A stretch of DNA of 63,249 bases, filler included, from Sphacelaria rigidula (Eukaryota), in the NCBI GenBank assembly GCA_964200075.2. It is 3 parts of 3 records of this genome, joined end to end, with 100 filler letters (N's around TTAATTAATTAA, not from the genome) between each part and the next. Parts side by side here need not be neighbours in the genome. Positions count along the whole stretch, not along the records: positions 42,238 to 63,249 come from CAXNAA020000474.1; 2 more parts are not named here. One strand, given 5' to 3'. Positions 52,215 to 63,249 of this stretch are shown in pieces. The stretch's first letter is position 1; each line of letters opens with the position of its first letter. Below the pieces are notes generated by a model, which was not told where the DNA came from, ran no database searches, and was given only the letters and a program-made list of their open reading frames with translations. A program made the position numbers and the translations under genes.

Positions 52215-52700
52215 TTCCATCTATTCTGAACGCCAGTCTACATTTTTCCGTACATTGGGCGAATCAGCAGGGCACGGGTGGCCACTGGGGTGCTTGTAAC
52301 CTCAAATTTGGATGTTAACGTAAAGACCTTGTGCAACGTCCGTAACCGCCAAATTTGAGGTTGCAGGCATCCCAGTGGTCACCCCTGGGGTCACACAGGA
52401 GGAAGGTAAGCACAGGAGTTTTGATTTGATCTGATCTGATTCGATCTGATCTGGTTTGATTCTCCACCTTCCTTAATCTGCGGTGATCGCCTTCTTTTTG
52501 ATCGCAAGAAAAATCCAGCGGTCTCTTTCCCTCGTCCACTGTGACGTCGAATTTTATGTATCCACGATATTATGCAGCTTTCCAATGTTGGACACGATGT
52601 GGAAAACAAACAGATCGTGGGACTGTATCGAAGTTCGGACCCACGACCCAATCGTCGAAAGGCTCCGGAGTCATCAACTGAGCCACCGGGGCGACCGGCC
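52215..52700 (-). mobile_element. SINE family 1, full length, interrupted by a 115-bp MITE (52273-52387)
   Basis: A/B boxes at about 52635-52695; inserted ~38-bp inverted arms ending AACCTCAAATTTGG / CCAAATTTGAGGTT. Confidence 0.8.
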
Positions 52701-53079
52701 TCGGATCTAAAATGATGAGATACCCCACCATATCTACTGTATTGCTCCACACCCTGGAAAATAGACGGCATCTATTGTAATACAACATAATCTGCTGCAG
52801 TAAATACCAGTATTGTCGTCCATAACGGCCATCGATCACCAAGTGTCTCGTTCTATTGTCATCGGCAATGTCTACAGATAGACCAGTTTCCGATGCATTT
52901 GTCCGAGCAGCAGTCTTGTGTGGCCTTACACCGAATATAGTGCAGCCGTGTAATGAAGAGCTGTAGTGCTATATTGCAAGGATAAAGCTTGCAATCCAAG
53001 GGCACAGGCTCACGAGGCAATTGTGTATCAGTCAGGCTGCCACAGCCTGCAAGTGCTGCACACACGTTCAGCAATCAAA

Positions 53080-53552
53080 TGTCAGACGGGTTTTCACGCG
53101 ATGGTTCTCAACTCCTCCTTGATTGTCTTGTTTCTAACTCCAGTATCCAATCAATCAATCCATTCCAAACCAGTCAATAGGTCTCACCGATGTTTAGACT
53201 TCTCTTGCTGGAGAGCAATAGGGTGGCGATGGGTAGTGAGAGAGGGGTGCGGCAGGGTTCCAGGAGGAACGAAGCCGTCACCATCTCTCTCATATACAAG
53301 TTCATATTCGTACCCGACCAACTCTGAACAGACCTGCAGTCTTGGCTACCGAAACACCAGAAGGCAAATAGCCAGACTCGACAACGGATCTGAAGCGTCA
53401 TGACAACAGGCTGATATGCGTCTTCATGACACTAACCCACCTAGACGAACCTTTACTACAGTTGCGAGGATTTATCCTCAAAGCAGCGAAAACTAAGGTT
53501 TTTCTTTACTCGTAAAGTCATGAGCGGCGAATAAAGCATACCTGAAGGAACA
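53080..53552 (-). repeat. Probable 3' LTR
   Basis: TG...CA ends on the minus strand (TGTTCC...CTGACA), just after a purine-rich GGTACGGGAG. The 5' LTR is not available for comparison. Confidence 0.5.
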
Positions 53553-53736
53553 CTCCCGTACCTAGCACTCCCGTACCAACAATCCTGTACCCACTCCCAC
53601 ACCTTAAAAGGAGGGAATCATAGACTGCTTCGAGGAGCAGAAAAAACTGCTCCGAAACGCGGAAGCACAAACTGCTTCGGCGTGCTAGCAATCAACGAAG
53701 AAGCACAAATTGCTTCGGCGTCCTAGCAAAATTTGA

Positions 53737-53989
53737 GAGTCATCCTACGATACGGGGGTGGGGGGTATTCGGTTGCACGAAAAAAGAGGCTCATAAGTGT
53801 GTCAAGCGACCTGCCACACTTGCGTTGCGCTTGTGTCTGGTTTCAGACTGTGTCAGGCAGTATGGATGATTGTTATTAATCCACAACAAGCTCGTTCGAA
53901 CAACCTTTGCTGCTTTCAACGACGATTTGACTCGAACTTTCAGGCAAGAAGTGGCCCAAAATACCCCCCCCCCTATCGTAGGATGACTC
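53737..53989. mobile_element. MITE with GAG...CTC ends, 4-bp TSD TTGA
   Basis: TIR GAGTCATCCTACGATA.GGGG; flanked by TTGA on both sides. Confidence 0.85.
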
Positions 53990-54009
53990 TTGAGGAGGGG
54001 GAAACAGGG

Positions 54010-54177
54010 AGGTACAACAGGGAGCAGAGCTCTAACCTGGGGGAAGCCAAAGGTACAACAGGGAGCAGAGCTTCAACCTGGGGAAATCAAAAGGTACAAC
54101 AGGGAGCAGAGCTTCAACCCGGGGAAATCAAAAGGTACAACAGGGAGCAGAGCTTCAACCTGGGGGAATCCAAAGGT
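54010..54177. repeat. 41-bp tandem repeat x4 in the Gypsy 3' UTR
   Basis: AGGTACAACAGGGAGCAGAGCTTCAACCTGGGG.AATC.AA at 54010, 54051, 54092 and 54133. Confidence 0.95.
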
Positions 54178-54449
54178 GGTAAAAACTGCAAGACCGAAAA
54201 TCTGGAAATCGGTGATCCAACGAGATCGAGCGCCAGTTGAAGGGGATACTATAGCTCCAGTAGTCGTAGGTAGTGGTCGTCTCAGTAATTCTTGATCGTC
54301 GTCCGATGTAGGTCGCGCTGTTGTGGTGTCGTAGAAGAGAATCCTGGTGAAGAAGGGAGGGCAGACAATGCTAGCGGAGAAAATGGGGGTGGGGCAACAG
54401 TCGCGACAAAGAAGCGTTATCCAAAGCGGGGCGTGGACGTCGTGGGCGT

Positions 54450-57400
54450 GGTCGATGTTGCGCTGGAGACCGCGGCGAAGTCTCTTGGACATGAGGCGCT
54501 GGAGACACCAGGATCCACGTGGTGCAGATGGGCTGGTGGTGTATAGCGCTGGCCGAAGCTTGAGCTTTATGTGTCGACCGAAATCAGGTTAGCGGAGTGG
54601 GTCTGACCCAACCACCAGAGGTCGTCTCTGCCTTTGAACCAAAGGTAGCTGCCCTTGGACAGGAGTCGCTGGTTCGCGAAGAACTTTGTCTTACAAGTCT
54701 TGGTGGATACAAGTTCATAACCATCGGCGACGAAGCGTAGTCTCTGATTGCGGTGAAGTTTGCGGGCTGCTGCGCCACGACGCATGTTGCGATATTTCTT
54801 GTTGTGAGCAAGATGCTGATGTTGGGATTGCGTCCAGTAAAGGAGGATTGCATGGCGGTGCAATTGCAGGTCGGATTCGCGTTCCCGAGACGCTCTCCGA
54901 AGACGGTGCCAATGTGTCTTATACATGACAGCGATCTTGCCTCCTCGACCACGGGTTTTCTGGTGGCCGGGAATGGAGGACACGGTCAATCGAAGGGGCT
55001 GTGCCGTCACGTCGTCGGTTGTAACGTGGTACGCCGGGGACTTGGTCGAGTAGCTGTTGAGATCATACTGTGTGAGTCCGGCAGACAGGTACTTAGGCAT
55101 GTCACGTGTACCATGCGGGTTCGTGCAGGGTTTGCATCTGTGCATGGAGACGCGGGGTTTGGTGTCTTTGCCCTGGAAATCGCGAGGCAAGTCGAGATAG
55201 AGCAGTTTGTCACCAACAGGTTTATCATCCGGTGATGATGACGATGGTCCGACTGTCAGGATCTGGAATAGGCCTGTCCACTTGAGGGACAACTTCGTCT
55301 GCAAAATTGTTCCGTTGGCTGCCTTGCTGGTGCCTTGGTGGATGATCGACAAACTGTTGTAGATCCAAACCCAATCACCAACTTTCCAGCTAGGGCGTTT
55401 GTGCATGAGGTTGTAGAGAGCAGTGTTAGATCTCTCTAGGCGCGAGGCGTTGATAGCATGTTGTTCGTGCACGAGGGTAAACGTTCTGCGTCGTCGTGAA
55501 TGCGCTAGCTCGTGGTAGGATATCTGATTATGATCCAACCCTTGGTGTTCACCGAACTTGTGTCGTTCAAACACGGTGATGGGCAGTCGAGGGTAACGTC
55601 CAAGATGGAGTTCGTTCGGAGAAAGGCCTGTGGCGGCGTTGACCGAGTTGTTGTAGGACAACATGATGTGCGATAGATGTAGGTCCCAGTCATTTTGACG
55701 GTCATTGATAACCATGGAGAGCATGTGGGCCATGGTGTGATTAGCTCGTTCAGTACCATCGTTACCGCTCGGGTGGTAGGCGCTCGTGGCAACCTTGCGG
55801 ATGCCCAGGAGTTTGTAAAGCTCATGAGAGAGATCTGAGCAAAATTGCCGACCATTGTCTGAAAGGAGTCGCTTTGGGCAACCGTAGTGCTTAATGTAAT
55901 CGTGGACCAGTATGTCGGCCGTTCCGGCGGCAGTGAAATCTGCGGCGGTTACCGCGTACATGGACGCGTGGCGGCTAAAGCGGTCAGTGAAGAGTAAGAT
56001 GTCGGTGTTGCCGCGACCTGTGGTCGGTAGAGGGCCAAATTAGTCAAAGGACACAAGGTGGCCGGGCTCGTCGAGGAGTCGCATAGAGATACCGGGCCAG
56101 CGTACTGGCTGTCGTGAAGTGTTTCGGGCTCGGCATTTGAAGCATCGCCGAGTCCAGAAACGGGTTGAGATTTCCATGCCAACTCACCAGTAGAAGCGTT
56201 CCAAGAGCGCGAGGGTGCGGGTGACGCCAAGGTGACATGACAAGTCTGTGTGGCAGCCTTTCATGACCCAGGGGAGCCTTAAATAATGGGACATATATGC
56301 GCGTTGGTTCGTCATCGAGTAGTCGTGCGGTGCGTCCCGTGGTTGAGGCGACAATTGCGCCTGTCAAAGGCGTGGGCCGTCGCACGAGTAGTTGCACACC
56401 TTCATTCGTAGTAAAAAGGGTGCCTTTACGCACTAGCTCGTATACGTCAGAAATAACTGGTGGTGGCAGTGTGCCAACCGGGGCCAGAAGTGTCGATGGA
56501 AAAGGGACTGGACAGTCGAGTTGTAAATACCGGATGGCTGCGCGACATAGGGGTTCTGCGTTTTGTTCGCGAGCCTAATCGCGGTGGGAGTAGCTGGCGA
56601 GAAACTCGCGTAGTTGACCTTCCGCTGGCGAGCCGACCAAACATGGTGGGGCAGGCGGCGGGGGAATAGGCGGCGGGGCGGAAATGCCGACGTCAATATC
56701 TGCCCCGGAGGCCGGAGTCAAGTCGTCAGCGCCGTGCTCGGCAGCGGGGTTGTATCCGTGCGAGGCGGAGATTGTCCGCGGCGCGTGGCGCACGGTGCAT
56801 AAGATTTCGCGGAGCTTTGCGTGTTGGTCCATGGAACTTGTGCTGGGTGGCTCATAGAGGTTGCAGGTGTTGTCGGTGGCGGCGGGGCACTCGGTGTGGT
56901 GCGGGCGGCAGACCGGGAGTACATGTTGTCGGAGACAAGGTGGGTGACTGGAGGTGACTCCGCGAAGAGTTTTGCGCGAGTACCGAAAGTGCGGAAATCG
57001 CCAAAATTGGAGGTAGTGGGTGCTACCCCCCGAAGACGGCGTCATATGGTAGGGGGCGAGGTCCTCCCATATGCATACCGGTTTCCGAGCACTGGAGGTC
57101 GAGGGCGTAAGCCGGCGTTGAAAAACGTCTAATCGCATAAATTCCAGGTCCATCGGGTTCCGTTAAACGGCAAGCCGGGCTGGAATCTGCGGCCGTAGGC
57201 GGCAGAGGTAGGCGGGAACGAAGGTCAGCGTTCCCGTTGGTTTTGACTGGACGGTGCTTAATGGTATACTGGTATGCTGTTAAAAACTTGAACCTTCGTT
57301 GTACACGAGGTTTGTGTTCGCCAACCTTGGCGGGTTGTTCAAGTGCTCCGTGATCCGTACAGATGTCGAAGGGCACGTGAAACAGATATCGCCGAAGGCG

Positions 57401-59800
57401 CTTAATGGCCCAAGTGATTTCTCCGCCTTCCGATTCTACCGGGTTCCAACTGGCCTCGTTGGGCAGGGCAGCACGGCTGATATAGAGGATGGATCGGAGC
57501 CGAACCATGCTACAATAGGGGTGGTGTTCGATTCCACGAAAAATTGTGCTCACAGATGCGTCAAATGACCTAAAACACTCGCGGTGCGGTTGTATTTGGG
57601 TAAAAACGGCGTAGAGCATCATGAATGTGCGTTATTCATCGGGAGCCAGCGCGTTCAAACAACTGTTGACTGCTTTCAACGGCGATTGAAGGGGAATTTC
57701 GTGGAAGAAAGCGGCCCAAAATTCCCCCCCCCTATCGTAGCATGTCTCAGCCATCAACCTGAGGTTGATTTAAAACTCCTCCAAATCCGTTTGTGCTGGC
57801 GTCAGTGTGAAGTTGGAAAAGGCGGGAGCCATCTTGTACTGCCTCCCAATCAGGAAAGCAAAGTACGGGCTTTTCGGTGAGCGTCTTGAGTAATTCGCGG
57901 GTGATATGATACATATCGGTTGTGAAAGTAAACACGGCTCCTTTCTTGAGTACCCCAGCAAGGGGGCGAATCCGTTTAGATAAAATTCGGCAAAACACTG
58001 CGGTAGTAGGATAGCCCGCCCAACAATGAGCGGAGTTGAGAAATGTTAGTTGGCATCGGCAAGTCAGTCATCGCCTTGACTTTGTTTGTATCCGGATGCA
58101 GGCCTGCTGGCGAAATGGAATGCTCCAAGAAACCCAAGTCAGTCGCACCAAGGCGAACTTTGGATGGAGACTGTTTTAGATCGTGCGTGCGTAGGCGAGA
58201 GAGAAATTCTCGTGGAGTGCGTATATGTGCAAAAGGTGAGGCATCAAAAGCGATAGCATCATCTAGGTACATGATGATGTGCTCGAGGCCCTCGGTAACG
58301 CGTTGCACTAAGCGTTGAAATCATCCCGGGGCAGCGGCGGCGCCTTGTGGCATTCGAAGCCACTCATAGAGTCCGGACGAGGTACAAAAAGCCGTCAGTG
58401 GGACTGTGTCAGGATGTATAGCGTTCTGAAAAATCCAGAACCGAGGTCGAAGGTGCTGAATATTTTGCCTTCGCCTGAGGAGTCGAAGGCTTCATCAATG
58501 CGGGGGATTGGAAGTTTGCCGACTACAGTGACGCGGTTCAACCGTTAATAATTCACGGTTATGCGTACGTTTCCATCCTCTTTGGGGACGACCACAAGGG
58601 TCGAGGCCCAAGGAGAGGAAGAATGTTGTATTAGTCCCGCTCCCAAATACGCATCCAAGATGGCGTTAACTTTCTTGTTGAGGGTTGGGTTTGTTTGGTA
58701 TGGCCGAGAAGAAATCGGCGAGACACCGGGTTGGAGGGTAACCTCAAAGGGCAGTGCTTTGCAATGCCCAAGATCCGTCTTGGATCGGGAAACCAGTCTT
58801 GGTACTGTAGCAGGACATCACTGAGTTCTTGGATGACTGCCGGTTTCCAGCCGGGCCCATGAAGATCAAAATTGATATCACGCATGTGTGGCGGCAGTTG
58901 CTTCCACAAGTGCAAGAAACTATTCCGAGAATCTGGTGATAAGCGTTGAAGCACTTCAGCAGGAGGATCGGAATTTGACTGGGCAGGATCCACGGTGTGG
59001 ACCTGGGGTAAAGTCGTAGAGGCGAGGTCGAAATAGGGTTCATCGACACAATGTTCTGACTTCGCCGGAGATGTGGCGTTTGGCGTGGCAGGCTCTGTGA
59101 CGCACGTCTCGAGTGGGACGTGCATCAGGGGAGAAGCGGCGATTCCTCGAATGTCGCCGGGTTCCAAGTTGGCATGAACCGTAAGAGGGAGGAGCTGTTG
59201 TCCCACCGAGACAAAATGTTCTGTGTCGGCTGGTGCGCCAATACGGGGTAATATTTTGGCAAGATAGTGGCCCGTAAGTGCTGGCATGCCATTTCGGGGA
59301 ACTAGTGCAACTTCAAGAATTTGGGGGTCGTCGGAGAGTGTAATACCAACGCTACCGTTATATCGTAGGTGGTAAGCAGCTCCGGTTGCTTAAGGATTCT
59401 TCCGATAAGCCAGGGCGCCGTGGAGAGTACCGAAGTGCTCGAGGTTGAATTCTCCTCGCGGCGTGGAATGAGGTTAGTGGTGAAGGCGTGCGGTAGGTGC
59501 GTTTATTAAACCGCATATAGCTATCTCTGCCCAATAATGTGGCGTGATGCATTGTGCTATCGGGGACAAGGTATGCCCAGACTACCAGGCTGGCAGATCG
59601 AGTGGTGTTGTGAAAGAATTATACACTGAGACGTACGGATTAACGTGTCGTCAGTGGCGCGGCAGAATCACCGAAACCGCCCCACACGCGAAGTTTGGTG
59701 GCGGTTTCCCAAGCTGCAGTAGCAGCGCCAGTCTGCTTCATGTGTTTTCATGTTGATTCTCGAATAAACGTTTGCGGGCTGTCGTTGTCCAACAAGGATA
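54450..59800 (-). pseudogene. pol: Gypsy pol (PR-RT-RH-IN-chromo), disrupted
   Basis: Motifs spread over ORF fragments 59748, 58631, 57976, 57747, 57023, 56044 and 54567. Confidence 0.9.
57502..57748. mobile_element. MITE of the same family inserted in the RNase H domain, TSD AGCC
   Basis: Colinear with 53737-53989; splits ...QPQVDG / ..RSILYISRA. Confidence 0.85.
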
Positions 59801-61048
59801 CGTATTTCGTAGGCGTGATCGCGTTTGGACCGGAATGTATCGCAACGCGAGTAGTAAAAGTGGCCGGATCGACAGACACTTTACCGCCGACAAGATCCGG
59901 ACCGTGTTCCGGCAAGGTAAACTGGTCAGGATCAGCGGGACTGACAGCAAAAACGCACGGCGGGTGATCCGCCGGTGGGTCAGATGTCTCACCAGAGAAG
60001 GTGGTAGACGGTACATTATTTCCAGGTGTGACACGGTCATTGGCGATTTCGTAAATTATCGTCTTGGGTTGACAGGGATCACCGTCGAAGGGGGATCCAG
60101 AATCTGCGGGGCTGGAGTCGTCAGTTGGAGAACTAGTGCCGTCAGAATTATGTGATTTTGTTTCTTCCGGGATACTTGATAGAGCCGTCGAACTCGAAGT
60201 CGTCGCATTTTGGAGAGATTGAAGTCGAGGATTTCCGCTCGAAAGAGGTTTTGATGCGCGCGCGTCCTTGGGGGCATGCTTACGGGGCTTTCTCTTTCGC
60301 CGTGACAAAGGTCGGGGAACTTCCAAAACAATTTGGGATCAAACCACAACTGCGTCCAGTTGCGTGGATGGGGTCAGCATCGGGGCGTGACGGAGCGAAA
60401 CGTATGGGCTGCTTTCCGTAGTCATGCTTGGCTGTCGGGGGATAGCCGAAGATATGTTGGGGCGGTTGTTAGTAAAACCGGCCGAAGGTAGGTCCGTGCG
60501 TGTTGAGAATCGCGGGGAAGGAGCTCGATCTAACTGATTGGGAATTTCATGATCCGATGTGGTCAAGTTCAGATCAGCAACACTTGGGTCAGCTGAAAAA
60601 GGCTTGCTACTACCTGTGCGTGCGGTTGCTGAGGGAAGCCTTTGCCTCAGGGACTGGCGGTTGGTCTTCCCACACCTCAGACTCATACTCGGCACTGAAG
60701 GACAAAGTTCAAAGCCGGGTGTAGGTCTGAGTCGCGGGGTGACACAACTGTTACCGGTGTGTGGAGGGGTGAAGACGGGGGTCGATGTGAACGGCCGTCA
60801 GATGCACTCCTGCATAGTGCCGGGGGAGCCGGATGGACAATCTTAGTCGCGGGCTCCGCGGGCTGTTTTGAAAACTGTGTGGAGGTTCGAGACGGAGGTC
60901 GATATGAACGGCCGTCAGTTACGCTCCTGGATAGTGCCGGGGGAGTCGAGTGAGCAATTTTTGACACCGACTCCGCGGGCTGTGTTGAGAAAGTCTTCGC
61001 TCGTGCTATCGGCGGCGTGGAAGACCGAAGAACGCCGGCGTCGGCACG

Positions 61049-63188
61049 TCATGGATCTAAGTGATCCGTAGTGAAGGTACCAGGGTTTCTGGTGTTGGGA
61101 TTAGAGCTTTGTGTCGGTCCCGTCCGCTGGTGTCTATCAGCGGAACGTTTGTTGTCGCGAGAATATTTATCGTTCTGGCGAGGGCTTCCGTGATCGGTGT
61201 TGTTTGGGCGACCGCGATTAGAGCTTTTGTTGCCACGTTGGTTCGAATTGTTACGGTAAATTTGATTAGGTGGACGGTAGTCGCGCATGCGTTTTTGCCA
61301 TCGGTGCCACGCGGGTTCATTGTCCTGCAATTCAAGGTTCATGAGATCAAAGGCATTGGTGCATGAACTGTCGCAGTCGCGCATGCTGTGGCCTTGAACA
61401 CTACAGTTCATGCAACTGTTGGCATGGCTGCTGAAGGCATTGCGTCTAGCGGAAGACGAAAGAAGTGGGTTCCACAAATGGGGGTCATCGGTTATGAATG
61501 CCGTTGTTGAAGTCAAATGAACATTATCCCAAGTTTCCTCAGAAAACGGCCAACCATCAAAACTTGCGCTAAATGCATCTCTGGTACCCTGAACATGCAT
61601 AACTGAACCGGCGACCCAGTCGGGGGTCCATGAAGCGCGAGATGATCTGCAGTTCCTGCCGCGAGCCCCTTGGGCATGAGCGGAGGGCACAACCGTAGGT
61701 TGTGAACGCACAGACGTAGAAGGCTTGCCACGTATGGCAGGCGGTAGATTACCCTCTTGGTGTACAAAAGCAGACCAGATAGTATCAACGGAGGCGTAAG
61801 GCGCCTCGCGATGCGCCAAGACACCCGGAAACAACGACAGCATCAGAGCCGGATACTGTTGAGCAACGCTATTGCGAACGTAAGTCTGACACATTGCGTC
61901 ACTCGGTCCGTTCTGGCGTCCGACACCCGTCGTACCTGAAACCAAAAGCTTAAATCCGCGGAGATAATACGCGAAGGGGACATCAGATGCGACGACAAAA
62001 GAACCCAGCCTCTGGATGGCACTGACCTGGTCACTTTTATCGAAGAGTCCGATCAAACGCCTTTCCAAATCAGAGAGTAATACTGGGCCTGTCTTCCCCT
62101 TGGCACGGTCCGGGTCCATCTCGGCGAGGAATCCGTCGAGAATCTGCGTTAAGGAAGCAGCGAGGTCGGGAGAGCGGCGGCTGATCGGTCGATGCATTGC
62201 TTTGTGCAAAGGAGTCTGCCAGCCCTCTACCCAGTCGGAATCTTCGAAACGTTGTGTGCCAGTCACATCCGCCAAGTGAAGGATATTACAAACAGTACGG
62301 TGGATGGACGTGATAAGGGCAGGAGTGAACTGGCCCGAATCTTCGTTATCCGCAGCAGGTGTGGTTTTGATGTGCCAGAGTTTTTCACATCCATCTGAAT
62401 ATACTGTCTCTGCATTGCAGCTACTCGGGCAGACTCAGCTCTATCGGAAGCTGCTTTTTTGCTAGCTTCGGAACATTCTTTGTCAGCCGCAGCCGTTGCT
62501 GAGGCGCGGGCAGCAGTAGAAGACAAAGGACGATCGGGTGTGTCCGTATCGGACAAACCAAAAATGCGGGCCGAAACATCAGCCAATTTAGGGGTCACTT
62601 GCCTGGGGGTCGCTGAACCCGAGGGAGGAAGGTCTGTACAAGACGGGTTCCAGCCCGTTGCGGATAAACCGGAAGAGTTACCTCCGGGTTTCTTGCGGTG
62701 CGGTTTACGAGGCGGACGGTTCGGTCCGGAACCGCCCGAAGAGGATCCTCTATCGCCATGGCGGCGGCGTGAATTCCCTCCATCGTTGTCGTCGTCATCG
62801 CGCCTGTCATTATTTTTCTAGCCTCGGCAATTGGATGTTGCGGGAGTCCACCCATCGTCATCTTCGTCTACGTCGAAGGTGGCGCCGGGATGAGTATTGT
62901 AGGCGGCGCGAAGCGCCGCAAAAAGTTCGATGACCGCGGCAACGGAAGCTTGGTGTTCCTGGTGATTGCTAATGGTTGTTTGCAGAACCAGTTGGCCCAA
63001 GGTGAGCACCGGAACGCCCTCTTCGGGGATGAAGTTGTTCTGGTCGACATCAACCCCCACAGCATAAACCATTCGCTGTGAGATCAGGGCCCATGCGTCG
63101 CGGGAGCAATGAAGGTAATTCCGGCGTTGGAAGGGATCCGTATAGGTGGCCACGGGACGAGAAAGCCACTCTCGTTCGTGGGACACTA
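61049..63188 (-). pseudogene. gag: Gypsy gag, frameshifted
   Basis: 408-aa ORF with CCHC knuckle plus upstream fragments (62263, 62818). Confidence 0.75.
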
Positions 63189-63249
63189 AAGTCATCCTAC
63201 GACAGGGGGGGGGGGAGGTATTTTGGGCCATTTGTTGCTCGAAATTTCG
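63189..63249. mobile_element. Third copy of the GAG...CTC MITE (inverted, runs off the window)
   Basis: AAGTCATCCTACGACAGGGGG...GTATTTTGGGCCA matches the reverse complement of 53948-53989. Confidence 0.75.

Larger units (their letters stand above)
53080..63249 (-). mobile_element. Decayed Ty3/Gypsy LTR retrotransposon (chromodomain-bearing); 5' end lies outside the window
   Basis: Order gag (CMNCSVQGHSMRDC), protease-like LLDNDS, RT YLDD (about 58260), RNase H (LHTDAS, TDHGAL), integrase (LLSDNGRQF...GTERAN), chromodomain; many stops and frameshifts. Confidence 0.95.

Noticed and set aside
54010..54177. CRISPR-like periodicity (also 16760-17570)
   Set aside because: No unique spacers, no cas genes, eukaryotic context.

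Overview
Eukaryotic, repeat-rich genomic DNA, most likely from a brown alga (Phaeophyceae, Ectocarpus-like). That assignment is an inference from intron style and repeat families, not a database result. Three spliced host genes can be built by hand. (1) A + strand SHIPPO/ODF3-type PGP-repeat flagellar protein gene with at least 7 exons (21500-26172). (2) A convergent - strand gene (35571-27426; 6 exons, about 1937 aa) with EF-hand pairs and an internal CEP164-type WW module; it needs a GC-AG intron. (3) Two exons of lipoyl synthase (40386-41617). A fourth, weak - strand exon chain lies at 4012-6731. The last 10 kb is a decayed Ty3/Gypsy LTR retrotransposon (- strand) whose integrase ends in a chromodomain plus a second Tudor/PWWP-like segment, and which carries three copies of a MITE with GAG...CTC ends and 4-bp target duplications. 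The rest is SINEs, LINE 3' ends, foldback MITEs, Helitron-like ends, minisatellites, a higher-order 115-bp/830-bp repeat and a modular array with telomere-like spacers. No CRISPR, rRNA or true tRNA gene was seen. There are three assembly gaps.
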